DNA of 64,000 nucleotides from Octopus sinensis (taxonomy: Eukaryota), in NCBI RefSeq assembly GCF_006345805.1, contig NC_043004.1:84196001-84260000 (forward strand). Direction: 5' to 3'. Within the stretch, counting starts at the first letter, position 1, and each line of letters opens with the position of its first letter. Below, in pieces: positions 28,383 to 42,043 of this stretch. The translations under genes and the position numbers were made by a program. A model generated the notes under the pieces. It was not told the DNA's origin. It did no database searches and saw only the letters and a list, made by a program, of their open reading frames with translations.

Positions 28383-28680
28383 ATATATATATATTCATTT
28401 CTTTATCTATTCATGTATCTGAGTGTATGTGTGCATGTCTGTGTGTGTGTGTAAATGTCTTGTATCTTATTGGGGAACCAGCATAATTCCTGGCAGAGGA
28501 TGCATTCCTAAATATACCCCCAGACCAAAGCATAACCGACATATTCAAACAAGCAGTGTATCAACTGCGCATTCATACATTTGCATATATACATACACAC
28601 ATACAATGATAGAGAGAGAGATATAGAGATAGAAAGATGGGTAGAGAGAGACATACACCCACTCGCGCACACGCATATGC

Positions 28681-28717
<37 letters not shown>

Positions 28718-28744
28718 ATATATTATATATATATATTATATATA

Positions 28745-28786
<42 letters not shown>

Positions 28787-29419
28787 TGAATTGTGTACGT
28801 AGCAAACTTATTTACGCTTCATGCTATAGAATCTGGAAATGTGCCGTATGAAGGTTCTATGCGTATTTTGGTTTTTAGGAAATACAATAGAGTAAGAGAA
28901 ACAAGAGTATAAACAGAGTCCAACGATGGCAGATATTAAATGATATTCACAGAGAGGCAGTGAGTGGGAAGTGAAAGCTAGAGTGAAAGGTGGAGTGAGG
29001 ATGAAAGCACGAGACAGACAGAAGCACGTACTGATATTGATTACTAATTGATAAATGACGGGTTAATGATTTGTTATTTGACCAAGTTGACCCCTTTGAC
29101 ACGGCTGATCTTGTCGACCTGTGTATGGCCAAAATCACATATATCCAGTGTTTGTAAACATTGCTTGAGTCAAAAATCAATAGGGACACTTCTGTTATGA
29201 AATATATCCCAGCTTATCAGTATTTCGCAGATGTGACCGTATACACTCATTACGCATGTTTTAAATCTATCTGCACATACATCAAGATAGAATATCTGTA
29301 TTAACTGATTGGTGAAAAGCGTTCGTTAAAGAAGATTTATAGCAAAAGAAAATCATTATATAAATATACATATTTCTGACTGTATGCATTGCATGTCTAA
29401 GCCGTATATATATATATAC

Positions 29420-29528
<109 letters not shown>

Positions 29529-29597
29529 GCCGTTCTTTCTAATGTGTAGAATCCCTATAAGTGGATTCTCTATGTGTTTAAATATACACTATATCGT

Positions 29598-29656
<59 letters not shown>

Positions 29657-29914
29657 TAACCAGCTGTGTATCCGAGCGTGTGCTTTCATGTGTATGAGCT
29701 GGTCTATATAAAATTTGATTATGATACCTTTGGTAGTATGCCGAAATTGTTTTATAACTTCTCTCTGTCATCATATGATGTGAAGCATGAGAGAATCGGC
29801 ACTTTTGTGACCAACCTGCTGAATGTGAATAAGTATGAATTTGTACATATAGCTCTGGACGTATGCAGTGTGTTTGTACATGTGTACGTATGCATAAACG
29901 TAAATTAAAGAATG

Positions 29915-30410
29915 GATGTAGCCCGATATGTCGAAGAGGTAAACAACGGGCAAATACTATAGATCATATTGTGTCCATATGCAGCCTCCTTGCGCTCTGA
30001 AAGTATGTCAATAGACATGATAAAAATCTGGTGGGAGCACAAATTATCTTCACTCCTTGAAAATGAGCAAATCTCATCCTATGAATTTTTGTGTTCAAAC
30101 TGACAGAAAGATATATGCAAATATGCCAGACATTGTGTTGAAGGATTTCGGGCAAACATCATGAATTCTTTTCGATATTATTGTCCGAATCGAAATAAAT
30201 GTATCTGTCAGAACCTACCGAAAATGGAACAAGTATAAAGATCTTGCGATAAGAATTTGCAAAACTCAAGACTAGAACAATATATATTACCAAAGCTACC
30301 GTAGGAATGATAGCAAAATGAGCTGGTTGTTACCAATCTGATTTCAAATCTTAAATTTGAAGAAATTCAGAAAGTAGTCCACAATGAAACAGCAAATCTT
30401 CTAAGGAGAG
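29915..30410 (+). mobile_element. R4/Dong-like non-LTR retrotransposon 3' fragment (CCHC knuckle and restriction-like endonuclease)
   Basis: CRRGKQRANTIDHIVSICSLL..RHD; QTDRKIYANMPDIVLKD; NVSVRTYRKWNKYKDL; EIQKVVHNETANLLRR. Confidence 0.85.
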
Positions 30411-30563
30411 TGTCGTCGATTGTATCTGTCTCAATACTGAAATGGTACTTCATCGATCTCGAAGCGATGAAGAACTTCAAGGGGATTTGAACTCAGAACG
30501 TAAAAACGAGTAAAATGCCGCTATTCTTTTCTACCGTGCTAAGTTGTCTACCAGCTCACCGCC
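30405..30563 (-). mobile_element. tRNA-derived SINE (Nin/Deu-like family)
   Basis: Minus strand GGCGGTGAGCTGGTAGACAACTTAGCACG...CGTTCTGAGTTCAAATCC; same head as 14001-14340. Confidence 0.7.
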
Positions 30564-31224
30564 GAAAAGTAATTTGCTACTTTGAAAGACATATATTGAC
30601 ATCCAATTAATCATGGTTATAACTAAAGCGAATCCCAAAATAATGTTTCATGCACAAACAAAAAAAAGTCTCACCATAAGACTGAAGACTGAAAGAAAAA
30701 ATAAAATAAAATAAATAAAAAGTGATAAACTTGCTACTTAAAGAGCTAAGAAACATAACTAATTAATATTTACTGTCTTCTATAATATCGTACAGTTTAT
30801 AACTGAAGTCGGAATAAACTACTTCAGAAAGTTATTAATCACAAGAAGAAAGCGAAATTAACTAAATTATAATAGATCTAAATGTATACACCACTTGCAA
30901 AACAGAAAAAGTGATTAATGAGCGAATGCTAGATGGCTTCCTCCAGTTGAACAACAACATTCTAGGAAGCAAGATATAACGAGAAGTTTTTATGATATTA
31001 GGAGTTGTCCAAATGTTCAATTATTTTTTATGAACTGACGCATGGCAATACAAAACTCTGGTACCATTGAAATCCGTGGTCAAAACTCTATACATGACAG
31101 TGTTGCTGCTGGCGGTGGACATAGGAAACTGGTGATAAAATACCATATGTAGTGTGTTTCTGCATTGAGTGCCGTACATAATGATAACGGGTATCAAAGT
31201 TGGGCACAAGTCTAGCAATTTTTA

Positions 31225-31330
31225 AAAGGAGAGGGAAATTCGATGACATCAGCCCCAGTGTTTGACTGGCACGGAATTCTTCGACCTGGAAAGGATGAAC
31301 TGCAAGTCAAAATTTGAATTCAGAAGCTAA
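31225..31330 (-). mobile_element. Partial SINE (Nin/Deu-like family)
   Basis: Minus strand GAATTCAAATT...TTCATCCTTTCCAGGTCGAAG...CCAGTCAAACACTGGGGCTGATGTCATCGAA. Confidence 0.5.
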
Positions 31331-31444
31331 AGATCGAAGTTGTATCATTAATCATTTTTCCCGGCATTATTGTGATACTGTCAGCACACTTCCTTAAACA
31401 GGCGTCGATGATTGCGAGATAGATAATACATTTTACTATTCGCA

Positions 31445-31640
31445 CAAGGCCTGAAGTTTTGAGCGAGTAGCTAGTTAATGATATAGACTTCCAGTGTTCA
31501 ACTGGTAGTTATTCTATTCACTTTGAAAGTATTGATGGTGAAGCTGTCTCGGTAACATTTGAACTCAGAACGTGAATACGGTCTACATGCCGCTAAGCAT
31601 TTTTTCCAGCGTGCTAACCGTTCAGCTGACCCACCGGTTT
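31445..31640 (-). mobile_element. tRNA-derived SINE (Nin/Deu-like family)
   Basis: Minus strand GTTAGCACGCTGGAAAAAATGCTTAGCGGC...CGTTCTGAGTTCAAATG...ACCAGTTGAACACTGG. Confidence 0.65.
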
Positions 31641-31973
31641 AATGACGATAGAGCTACATTGAGAATGGACTGTAGAAGGCAGTGAAGAAGGGTGGGGGTT
31701 GATGTTGATTATATGCAGAACATCAACTATAACCACGATACGTCCATACCTATTAATGCAGAGTTGATAAGAAGGCCACAACACATGTCAATCCCCAAGT
31801 ATAAATATGTAATTTGTAATGTTAATATCCATCATATAAATCGATAACGCCAAAGGCACAATCAAATATGCCTGAGAAATTAGAATATGTGAATACATAC
31901 GACGCAGTTATATATTACCCAGCGCTCTATAGTAATATCAATGGCTCTAGTCATAGGGAAAAATACCTTTCAG

Positions 31974-32091
31974 AACATTTCTCTCTGAAACGCTTATAAA
32001 TATCTTGCAAACAGAAAATATTACAACTGACTTAAAGGAACTACGCCGGACCTTAAAGGAATTAATCGACGACACTGAAAGAGAAATGTGA
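31974..32091 (+). CDS. Candidate terminal coding exon (unconfirmed)
   Basis: Acceptor CCTTTCAG, then TFLSETLINILQTENITTDLKELRRTLKELIDDTEREM*; amphipathic, protein-like; no homolog recognised. Confidence 0.25.
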
Positions 32092-32893
32092 TTCACGTAC
32101 CAATACAGTATTTCACAGTAGATGTTACCCCATTAACAGTAGGTTTGTTTCAATATCGAATGAGCAGAAATTCAATAAACGAACGGAGCAATAAAAAATG
32201 ACTACCAGAATAAATTACCTACAGGCGAGGGAGTCAATAAGAAAACGTTAAAATGTGGTTTATAAATAAAAACGTTCGGACAGAATCAATAATTTGAATA
32301 TAGAGGTATATTGCACATGCAAACTTGAATCTAATGCATATATACGAAGAGATTGGGCTGATCCGCTAAGATTAAGCTATAGCAGAATAATAAAGTCAGG
32401 CAAAGAAATAGAGCTCAATAAAGCCCGCAAATATTCGTTAACGAAAAGCTCTTAACAAATTAACAAGAAACAAGCATCTCCGTAAATATTAACACAATGT
32501 AACTAATCACCTAACCGCATGATTTCTTTCTATGCAAATGCTAACGATTAAAGTATGGAAAAAAGCCGAAGATTCATTGTAATTTGTGCTGTGTACAAAG
32601 GAGACTGCCTGAAACCCAATAGAATAAGTGAAAACTAAATGGAATCCAGCAAATATATTAGAAATAAATAAACAAAATAAACTGGCGGAGTAGACATGTA
32701 GCTATGCTAATTGCAAAGGAAAAGGAATGGAAGAAATTAATGAAACGGAAATAATATTGACATGAAAAAGAAAGTGAAAGATGAAGCGGAAATGGATGAG
32801 AATGTAGGCGATGGCTGATCGTTAGAATTAATTGTGGTATATGTTACATTGAAGTAGATGAAAGTTTTTTGTTTTGTTTTTTTTTTTCGTCAG

Positions 32894-32989
32894 AATGATC
32901 CGTTTGAAACGAATAGTAAAAGAAAGTGGGTAGAAATTATATCAGATAATGATTTCCAGTGTCTGTCAATGGAAAACTTGTCTGAATAG
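32894..32989 (+). CDS. Candidate coding exon (unconfirmed)
   Basis: Long poly-T tract and CGTCAG acceptor, then NDPFETNSKRKWVEIISDNDFQCLSMENLSE*. Confidence 0.2.
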   Translation, partial: NDPFETNSKRKWVEIISDNDFQCLSMENLSE

Positions 32990-35440
32990 CGAATGTGATC
33001 CTTTGGATAATTAGAAGAGCAACGGATCTTTAAATGCTATTAGATATACCTGCCTGATATCTATTGCAAATATCCGTCCACATCAAAGCAAATGCAAAAA
33101 AAAATGTGAAGGTAATGAATACACAGAAACTCATATAAAACACAAGTAGAATGGGCAAAGCTGTGGTGGTCATCATGACATAGATAATTCATTTCTACAC
33201 TTGAGAGAGAGAGACAGAGAGAGAGAGAGAGAACTGGAATATTCGAGCGAGTGGCTTACAAAATGCTTTTCATTCTTTTGGTGAGAATATAATAATTACC
33301 AGTGAAATACTAGAGTGCACTGTAATCGATAATATCGCCCACCCCAATATAAATTTGAGATATTTTGCCTTTTGCATAGTATAATATGAAAAAAAAAAAA
33401 AAAACCAGAATAAACTCAATTTCAACTACAAATAACGTTGAACACAGAATAGGAATGATATGAAATATATAATTTAGTCTGGGAATTAAAGAGCCATCTC
33501 ATTCCCTAGAATATATAATTTTCTCAGAAAATTACCAAACAGCAGATTGAAAAATTCCTTGATATCTTGGGTATTGTCAAAGAACCTGTGTTTTTGAGAT
33601 AATGTCTGTATAGAATTTTACCTTTCAAATGATTTATTCTAATGGTGAATAGAGACCAGCTTATAGCTGTAAGTAATACAAATATTCTACGAACACGAGA
33701 TAATCTCACTAGGAAGCTTACCATTAAGTCAATTATTCTGTAAAGAGATAAAAATAAAAACATGAGTCAGTGAATGTCTGGGAAATAGCTAACGTTATTG
33801 TTTAAATCATCTGATTTCCACCGAAAGTTTTATTCATGTAATCGCTGGGGAACTTATTTATGTGCTGTGCTGATACAAACAACAATATATTCGCATCGCA
33901 GACATGTTATTCTGAATTACGTTCTACTGTGCACAATCTTGGTTCTTATAGAGGTACACCAACGATATTCCGGTATCTAATGACCCAGCTCATTCTACAT
34001 TTCAGATAAAGTACAAGGGCAAACTTCAGATTACTGTCATTAGCACTGTGCTATCATACTCTAAAACGAGGGGCAGTACGCGAACCGTGCAGTATTTACA
34101 ATCCACGCGGTCGTGGTGATACTGAAATTTTAAGAGTTCCTCAAATTATCCTTTAAGTATGGCAACAGCGATTAAATGTACTAATACAATACAAAATGAA
34201 ATGCATTTCCTTTATTAAATTCAGATGTAATACTCTGTGATGTTTAAGTTTCATGGACCTTTAAAGCATGGAAGAAGCATAACCGGTAGGTTAGATATGT
34301 GTTGATATGAGTTGCTGGACCACGGATAGTTCTGCAAAACTTTCAATCCGTTAAGATTAAAAATCTGTTACATCTTTATATTTAGACAGTTAATATAGCT
34401 TCAACTTAATACAAATAAAAGTTTGTTAAATTCGACAGAAGAAGCTTTGAATGCAATGTATTTTCATCTTACCGCTAGTATAATTTAACAAATTCGGCTC
34501 AGTGGCACATGTCTGAAGACCCGCCCATATCTGAGTGTAAGGTAATATGGTGATGTTTTACATCATGTATAAGTAAAGGTATGCACCAGCAATTTCTCCA
34601 CCTCCCATACACGTTCCAACGTCATTGTGTGTATCGGTCTGGAGTTTTCAAAATTATGAAAACATATACATATTAAATAGAAGTGAAATTCAGAAGTTGA
34701 TGGCCACTATCAAATACTCACATGAAAACTTTCATTTCTTGCTTCAATAATACACCCTCAATTTGTATTATTATTTTGTGATCCTGGTGTTGTGAGTTTA
34801 ACCCCAGCCGAGATCAATTTAGTCTGTCATGCTGCTGGAGAATAAAGATTATAGAAACGATCTAGTGATAGCGTCGGTGCAAAGGAGAAACTTTCCTCTC
34901 CAAAATATTAATATTTGTCTGCCGTAACTTGCAGCCAACATCATTAAAAATAATAAAATATATTTTATTAGATCCTCTAACGATATGTTTAGTACCATAA
35001 TTAAAACCTGTTATCTATGCTTCTTAAATGTTGTATTTATTATATCATTAATCTTCTTATTTAGCTTAATCTAGTCTTCATTTTAGAATACTACATAAAA
35101 TATTTGGACATATAATTAATGATACGTATCTCTAAAATTTGGGTACATTTTAAGACTGTGTTTAGAATGTATCTGTAAAGAGGTTGCTAATTCTATATTG
35201 ATTTCTAGAGTCATTAGTGAAAAAGACTATGTAAAGCATTGGTTTAGAAATGGATTTAATATTTTGTTCTCCAATTTTGAAGTGGAAATTAAAAATTTTA
35301 TCTCAGATATATGTGATTAATGTCTATTAATAAAGACATCTCTCTTATTAAAGAGACGAATTTATACCAGTGTCCCATAGATATATGTGTGTGTTTGTGT
35401 GTGTGCATGTAAGTATGTATGTTTATATATATATATATAT

Positions 35441-35560
35441 ATCACGTGATCACGTGAACGACCAGACCACCAGATGTTGTTATACATCGCTGGTCACAAT
35501 ACGTTCGCATTGTTTTAGCCTTCGAATGACGCCACCCCGCTGGTTAAGCGAGCAGGTCAT
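35441..35560 (-). mobile_element. 3' part of the SINE family seen at 59892-60149
   Basis: Revcomp ...CCAGCGGGGTGGCGTCATTCGAAGGCTAAAACAATGCGAACGTATTGTGACCAGCG...CACGTGATCACGTGAT matches 60096-60149. Confidence 0.8.
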
Positions 35561-35589
35561 ATATATATATATATGCATACACATTTATT

Positions 35590-35985
35590 CTTTTTATTTT
35601 TGACTTTTTTCAGTTAGCTGACTGCGGCCATGCTGGAGCACCGCCTTCACTCGTGCAAATCGACTCCAGGACTTATTCTTTGTAAGCCTAGTACCTTCAC
35701 CGGTCTTTTTTGTGGAACCTCTAATTAACGGGGACGTGAAGACACCTGCATCCGTTGTGAAGCGATGTCAGGCGGGGAGAAATACAGACACACAGACATA
35801 TACACACACTCACACGCAAGCACACACACATACACATATATACACGACGGAGTCTTTTTATTATCCGTCTACCAGATATACTTACAAGCATTTAGTCGGC
35901 CCGAGGCTATAGTAGAAGACATTTGTCCAAGGTGCCACGCAGTGGGACTGACCCCCGAACAACGTAGTTGGTAAGCAAGCTACTT
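35590..35985 (-). mobile_element. CORE-like SINE with LINE-type tail (copy B), head interrupted
   Basis: Same modules as copy A. The missing head tip (CATTCCTGCGCCTATA on the + strand) appears about 200 bp further at 36191-36206. Confidence 0.8.
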
Positions 35986-36239
35986 TATTTCAAGCATTTT
36001 GCCATAAAGGCATGATACAGAGTAGCTTGCAGGCTGGGCAGAGACAATGATGAGATGAATGATGAAATAAAATTATATTAATGGGAGACAAAAAATGCCC
36101 GCCGATTGTTGCTTCTCTAAAACATTATTTTTTACACACAAAACAAACCGAGGTATTGAACCACTTACTTCCGTTTTTACAATTTTCGGTCATTCCTGCG
36201 CCTATATATACATATTTATGTATTATATATATGTGTGTA

Positions 36240-36366
36240 TGTATGAATGTATGATGTATGTATGTATGTATGTATGTATGTATGTATGTATGTATGTATG
36301 TATGTATGTATGTATGTATGTGTGTATGTATGTATGTATGTGTGTATGTATGTATGTATGTATGTA
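36240..36366. repeat. (TATG)n tetranucleotide microsatellite
   Basis: Seen directly. Confidence 0.95.
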
Positions 36367-36618
36367 TACAATGTTAGGTGGGTGTGTACAGAAATTGAAT
36401 ACCGAGGAAAACATAGTCGGAATTTTGGAAACAATTTTTTTTTATTTCTTCATTTTTTAATCGCGGTTTCGTTCGTTTCTCGAACTTGTCAAATAAAATT
36501 TTGCAAATGTATAGACATCTTGTTCATTTATAGAGAACAGGTGATATTTTCCATGGTGAAGGTTGTTTAGAAGAAGAGAACATAGTTTTTGTTTTTTACG
36601 AGTGAGTGATAGATGGAG

Positions 36619-36949
36619 ACACGTAATCTTGATATAATTTTCAGAAAGGCGGAAGCTGAAATTTTCACATGAAATACTAAATATTATTCGGGTATCACAA
36701 ATATAGGTGTGTGTGTGTCTGATACTGTGCGCGTGTTTGTGTATGTGTATGAGTGTGTATGTATGTGTATACAAATACATGTATATATACGCACATACAC
36801 ACACACACACACACAACACACACATATATATTATTATATATATATATATAATATATATATATATATGTAGAGAGAGAGAGCGAGAGATGTGTGTATATAA
36901 ACATATTTACAAGCACACACACACACACACACAAATTTCAAATCTAAAC
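36619..36949 (+). repeat. Dispersed duplicate, copy 1 (copy 2 at 40808-41169)
   Basis: Both copies run ACACGTAATCTTGATAT...AGAAAGGCGGAAGCTGAAATTTTCACA...ACAAATTTCAAATCTAAAC, with the microsatellite scaffold conserved. Confidence 0.9.
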
Positions 36950-37249
36950 ATTTCATATATTTATTCAGTCATTTAACATTGTATTGTATTGAGTTTAAGG
37001 ACGTTGACCTCTTAAAAAAAAACACAGGTGTGGCTTGGTTGTCACTGAAAGTCCTTTTACTTTCTTCCTATCTTCCCCTCTTTTTTACACCTCCTACAGA
37101 GAAAGAAATCAAAATGACTTCATATGATGACCAAACAATTTGTTTTTGTAGAGGTCACCCATCTCCAGCCCATTCCAATACAATTGTAAATGAGTAAATG
37201 AATAAATGAATGGTGAATAAGAAGGGGGACGCTACTCTCTCTCCCGTTT

Positions 37250-37329
<80 letters not shown>

Positions 37330-37415
37330 CCTATCTGTCTGTCTTTTTATCTATCCATCTATATATCTATATATCACACTATCTACCCACCTATATTTCT
37401 ATCTAACCAACTCCA

Positions 37416-37541
37416 TTGAACCCTCCCCCCCAACAAAAACAAACAAACACAGGAACCCCACACCGCCAACATATGTTTTATATAAATGAACAAGTTGTTT
37501 GTACATTAACATAATTTTATTTGACAAGTTCGAGAAACTTG

Positions 37542-37625
<84 letters not shown>

Positions 37626-37739
37626 CATACATACAAATAAAATATGTGAATGTACAAACACCTTGTTCATTTATATAAAAATATGTTGGCGGGGTGGGGT
37701 TCTTGTGTTTGTTTGTTTTTGTTGGGGGGAGGGGGTCAA
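37416..37739. repeat. Inverted repeat (arms 37416-37523 and 37634-37739) around a (TA)n spacer
   Basis: TTGAACCCTCCCCCCCAACAAAAACAAACAAACAC...TTTTATTTG versus CAAATAAAAT...GTGTTTGTTTGTTTTTGTTGGGGGGAGGGGGTCAA. Confidence 0.9.
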
Positions 37740-37761
37740 CGTATATATATATATATATATG

Positions 37762-37804
<43 letters not shown>

Positions 37805-38593
37805 ATATATATATATGCATATGTTTGTATATATAGGCATAGAAATATGTGTAGTTGTGTATGTATATATTTTTGCATGCATGTATGCCTCTGTCTATCG
37901 TTTATGCCTATCTCTCTGACACATTACCTGTCTCTCTAACTCTCTATCTATATATGTAGCTACCTATCCATCCATCCATGCGTCTATTTATCTAAGAATA
38001 TATCTGTCTATCTATCTATCTAGACCAAATACTTATTATATAAGTGAGTAAATATAATGGCAAAATATTTAGAAAGTTAGCTGTCTTGGCAAATTTCATC
38101 ATCTAATCGAACCATACTAGAATTAATTTTACCTTTCACTTTTGAAATATGAGAAATTAAATTTTGTTTCATAGTTGGGATTGATTTCATCGACCTGCTG
38201 TTCGCTGCTTTTCTGGCCCTCTGCCTATAGTAGAGAGAAAATATGAATTGCATTACATAATTACCAGTAAATTATAATTTCATATTTCTTTTAGTGCCTT
38301 CGCAGAACGAAATATTACAGCAAGACGTTATGTCGACGAAGAACAAATCATGCCTCCGTCTTTTTCGAATTCGCAACCTGGGACATGAGAATCTTTAATC
38401 AAATGTTTCGGTGCCCCTTGCTTAACCTAATAATACATCAACAAATATATATTTCCCCTTATCACTAGTTTTTTGGCTTACGGCGCACATTCCGATCTCC
38501 AGTATATTCAGTCACATCATTATATCTGACATTAACGGTTTTGAATATAACTGGTATATTTCTCTGATAGTACTTTATCTCAATATATCTGTG

Positions 38594-39040
38594 ATAGGAG
38601 TAGGTGTGGCCGAATGATAAGAAATTTAGTCATCAACCCAACGCGGCTCAGGGTACCAGCAACTCGGGTGTTCGCGGGATGACATTTGCTAGGAGTGCCC
38701 AGGAGGGCGTGACAAAAACAAGAACATTTCCAAGACCGTCAGCTTGTGCACGCCGAGTGTTCAATTTGCCCGGGGCGACAGTAATTCTAGGGCCTGCTCT
38801 GCCTCAACCACATGTTTCCGGCTTCAGTTCCATAAGGCGGCACCTAGGGCGAATGTGTTCCACTATTGCCTTGGGGAAGAGAATGTTCGTTGGATATACT
38901 TGTTTGCGCGCACGCCCCTATATATTTGTGTTTGTGTCTGTGGTAATCTTAGTGTTTGTGTTTGCCCCACCGCAGATTCACAACTTGTGTTGTGTGTTTA
39001 CGTCCTACTAAAATAGCGGTTCGTCAAAATAAGCGCTACA
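38594..39040 (+). mobile_element. Degenerate CORE-like SINE with a nested insertion in its head
   Basis: Head TAGGAGTAGGTGTGGCCGAATGATAAGAAATTT resumes CAACCACATGTTTCCGGCTTCAG...GGCACCTAGGGCGAA after the insert; later GTGTTTACGTCC...TAGCGGTTCGTCAAAA. Confidence 0.65.
38639..38801. mobile_element. 163-bp GC-rich hAT-type MITE with an 8-bp TSD
   Basis: Flanks CATCAACC (38631-38638) and CCTCAACC (38802-38809), 7/8 identical. Right end revcomp CAGAGCAGGCCCTAG...CGCCCCGGGCAAA resembles CAGGGCCGGC-type hAT TIRs. Confidence 0.65.
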
Positions 39041-40807
39041 ATAAATATTAGGCATTAAAATTGTCTACTGAAGTCGCCTCTTTCCATAAAATTTTTCAAT
39101 GTGGTGCCTCAGCATACCCGCAGTCTAGTTAGTGAAACAAGAGAAAGACAAAACATAAAAGGCACTATCTTTTATTTGTATATAGTTTAAGAAGGTTTAA
39201 CCAAAACCTCTCGTCATTTCCCACCAAAAACGTGGGCTAGGATATCGTTACTCAGTTTTAATGCAGTCAAGTATTGGCGGCTTAAAACCTTTGACAACAA
39301 ATGCTCATTCATTGCACTATAAATTCCACAGATAAATGTGTTTGTAATGAAATAAGATCTACTAAACCAATATCAATAATTTTAATCAATAGAACGGTTA
39401 ATTTCATATCAAAAATTAATTTGAGGAATCTCAAAACGCGTAGAAATTAACTGAGTGGAAATTGCTTTCTTGATCACATAGAATACCTTTTGTCACCTGT
39501 TCACCAAATAAAGTATTGTAAATGTTTGACTGCAGGAAATTTATTATGAACTGTCAATAGAAGAAGATGAAATTTTCAGATAGTGAGCTATGTGTTCATA
39601 GTTGGAAATGTTGCATAAATCCTTCTAAATATTGAATCGGGATTTCTTTGAATGAAAGGAAGTTTTACAAGCGTAGGAAGGAAGTTTCAGAAAAGAATGT
39701 GGACAGAACAGTGGAGATGGACGATACATTGGATATAGGATTTCTGTATTCCAGTGGAAGCAGAAACCATCTGCTTCGTACCTTGGCATTGTGCTAAGAA
39801 CAAATTAAAAGCTAGTGAAAGCATTAGTAGTTTGGAGGAGGTATATATAAAACGGATGTCATGTTGTTCTTGATAGCTTCAGAATCGGAGGTTGAACCTC
39901 TACACCTTATATATGGTTCTAAATTAGAACATGGTCAGCAGATATCTGAATGCGAAATAATACGATACATTTAATATGTTTGAGTTCATTTATTTTCTAG
40001 AAAAACAGTCAATATCACTTTGTGTGGCTGATGTAAGCGGTTGTCATGGTCATTATTTGGTATTTGTGAAAGCAATTATATGGAGCTCAATTTTACTATT
40101 TAATATCATACACAAGATTTAGATAATGATGTGGGAATGACATTGAAGTTTGCTCTTTGGACGCTTTTCCTTATTTAATTTATCGATGTAACGTGTCTGT
40201 CGTCAGGTTCTGGATCGATACAATGTTAACATTGTTTGACAATTCCCAATATGGTATTTGTTATTGTTACGAAATAATAATGATAAAATCACTATGTAAT
40301 TTCCCTCAATTGGTGACGCAAATACATTCTCTCGCCTTAATGTGAGTATTCTCTTTGTATTCTTCAATAGCGTCTGTCGGTGTATAGACACTGCAATTTA
40401 GACTACGCATCGAAATCATTTTTTATTACTTCTGGGGTTCTCTTAAATTGCTGCAATGCCAATAATGCTAAGCCATTGTTAAAAGTATGAAAACATAGTT
40501 TGGATTTACCAGAAGTGTTATGATATAACTTTTATAAACTTATTAAATATACGATTCATTTATACGCATTAAGATGATTGGGTGAGTTAATATTATATAT
40601 ATAATGGCATATGATATGATGCCACAGGCAATGGTCATGATACTAGATATCGTATTCAACATTATTTTACACGTGAGAAAACAGATACATATAATGGCAA
40701 GTACACCAATATTTTCGATCGGGATGTCAATAATGAAGAAGACAAGGTTACTGTAGGTGATGAATTCGATTAACGCCAACTTGCGCACTGTTGCCGTTTT
40801 TTACACC

Positions 40808-41023
40808 ACACGTAATCTTGATATATTTTCCCAGAAAGGCGGAAGCTGAAATTTTCACACGAAATACAAAATATTATCCGGGTATTACAAATATATGTGT
40901 GTGTGTGTCTGATACTGCGCGCGTGTTTGTGTATGTATATCAGTGTGTATGTATCTGTATACAAATATATGTATATATATATATGTGTGTGTGTGTACAC
41001 ACACGCACATACACACACAAACA

Positions 41024-41095
<72 letters not shown>

Positions 41096-41169
41096 GAGAG
41101 AGAGAGCGAGAGATGTGTGTATATAAACATATTTACACACACACACACACACAAATTTCAAATCTAAAC
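40808..41169 (+). repeat. Dispersed duplicate, copy 2 (copy 1 at 36619-36949)
   Basis: See copy 1; ORF-track peptides 36457-36825 and 40770-41024 are homologous. Confidence 0.9.
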
Positions 41170-41828
41170 CTTATTCATAATAATTAAAATTTCGATTTGA
41201 AATTAAAAATTTAGCAGCAAACTATATTTTGGCTATATCCCTAATAGTGTGCTCTTGTGGCCAATTGGCGTCATCCAGAGTAAATGCACATTCGTCGCCG
41301 GATCTACATCAGGAATTCCTCGGTTCATACTGAGTCTATATTTAACACTTGACACAGAAGACAGAGGATGCTGGAAACTTTATATACCACATCGATCGTT
41401 TCGGCATAATCGTACACTGCTTCTTAGTGGGTGGGGTATGGTATAATGAAGTACAGTGCATTCCACCGTAACGAAAGGCCCCATGCCAAATAATTGATAT
41501 TTCACCTATAGGCTTAGCTACATGATGTTGGTAGTATTTGCGTCTCAAATGCATTATTCCTCATGAATGTATTTCAGGTGCGACTACTACAAAAACCAGG
41601 TAGCTAATCTTATAGACGATATGTCACCCATGTAACTTGCAATCTTGTTATACCACCTGATGAAGCATTTCTACAAGGTGGTGGTGGCGGTGGCATTAAT
41701 TCATTATGCATTTCTTCACCCACGAGGGAGCAGTACACGAGTATGTCGAAACGATTGTTGCGATAAATAAATTTTCCAGATACTCCGTTTTCCTAATCAA
41801 TATTTAGAATATATACATACATACATGC

Positions 41829-41859
<31 letters not shown>

Positions 41860-41886
41860 ATATATATTGTGTGTGTGTATGTGTGT

Positions 41887-42020
<134 letters not shown>

Positions 42021-42043
42021 CACACATATATATATGATATATA

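Noticed and set aside
40543-40788. Hydrophobic membrane-protein-like ORF (minus)
   Set aside because: Ile-rich composition is expected from AT-rich DNA; no family motif.
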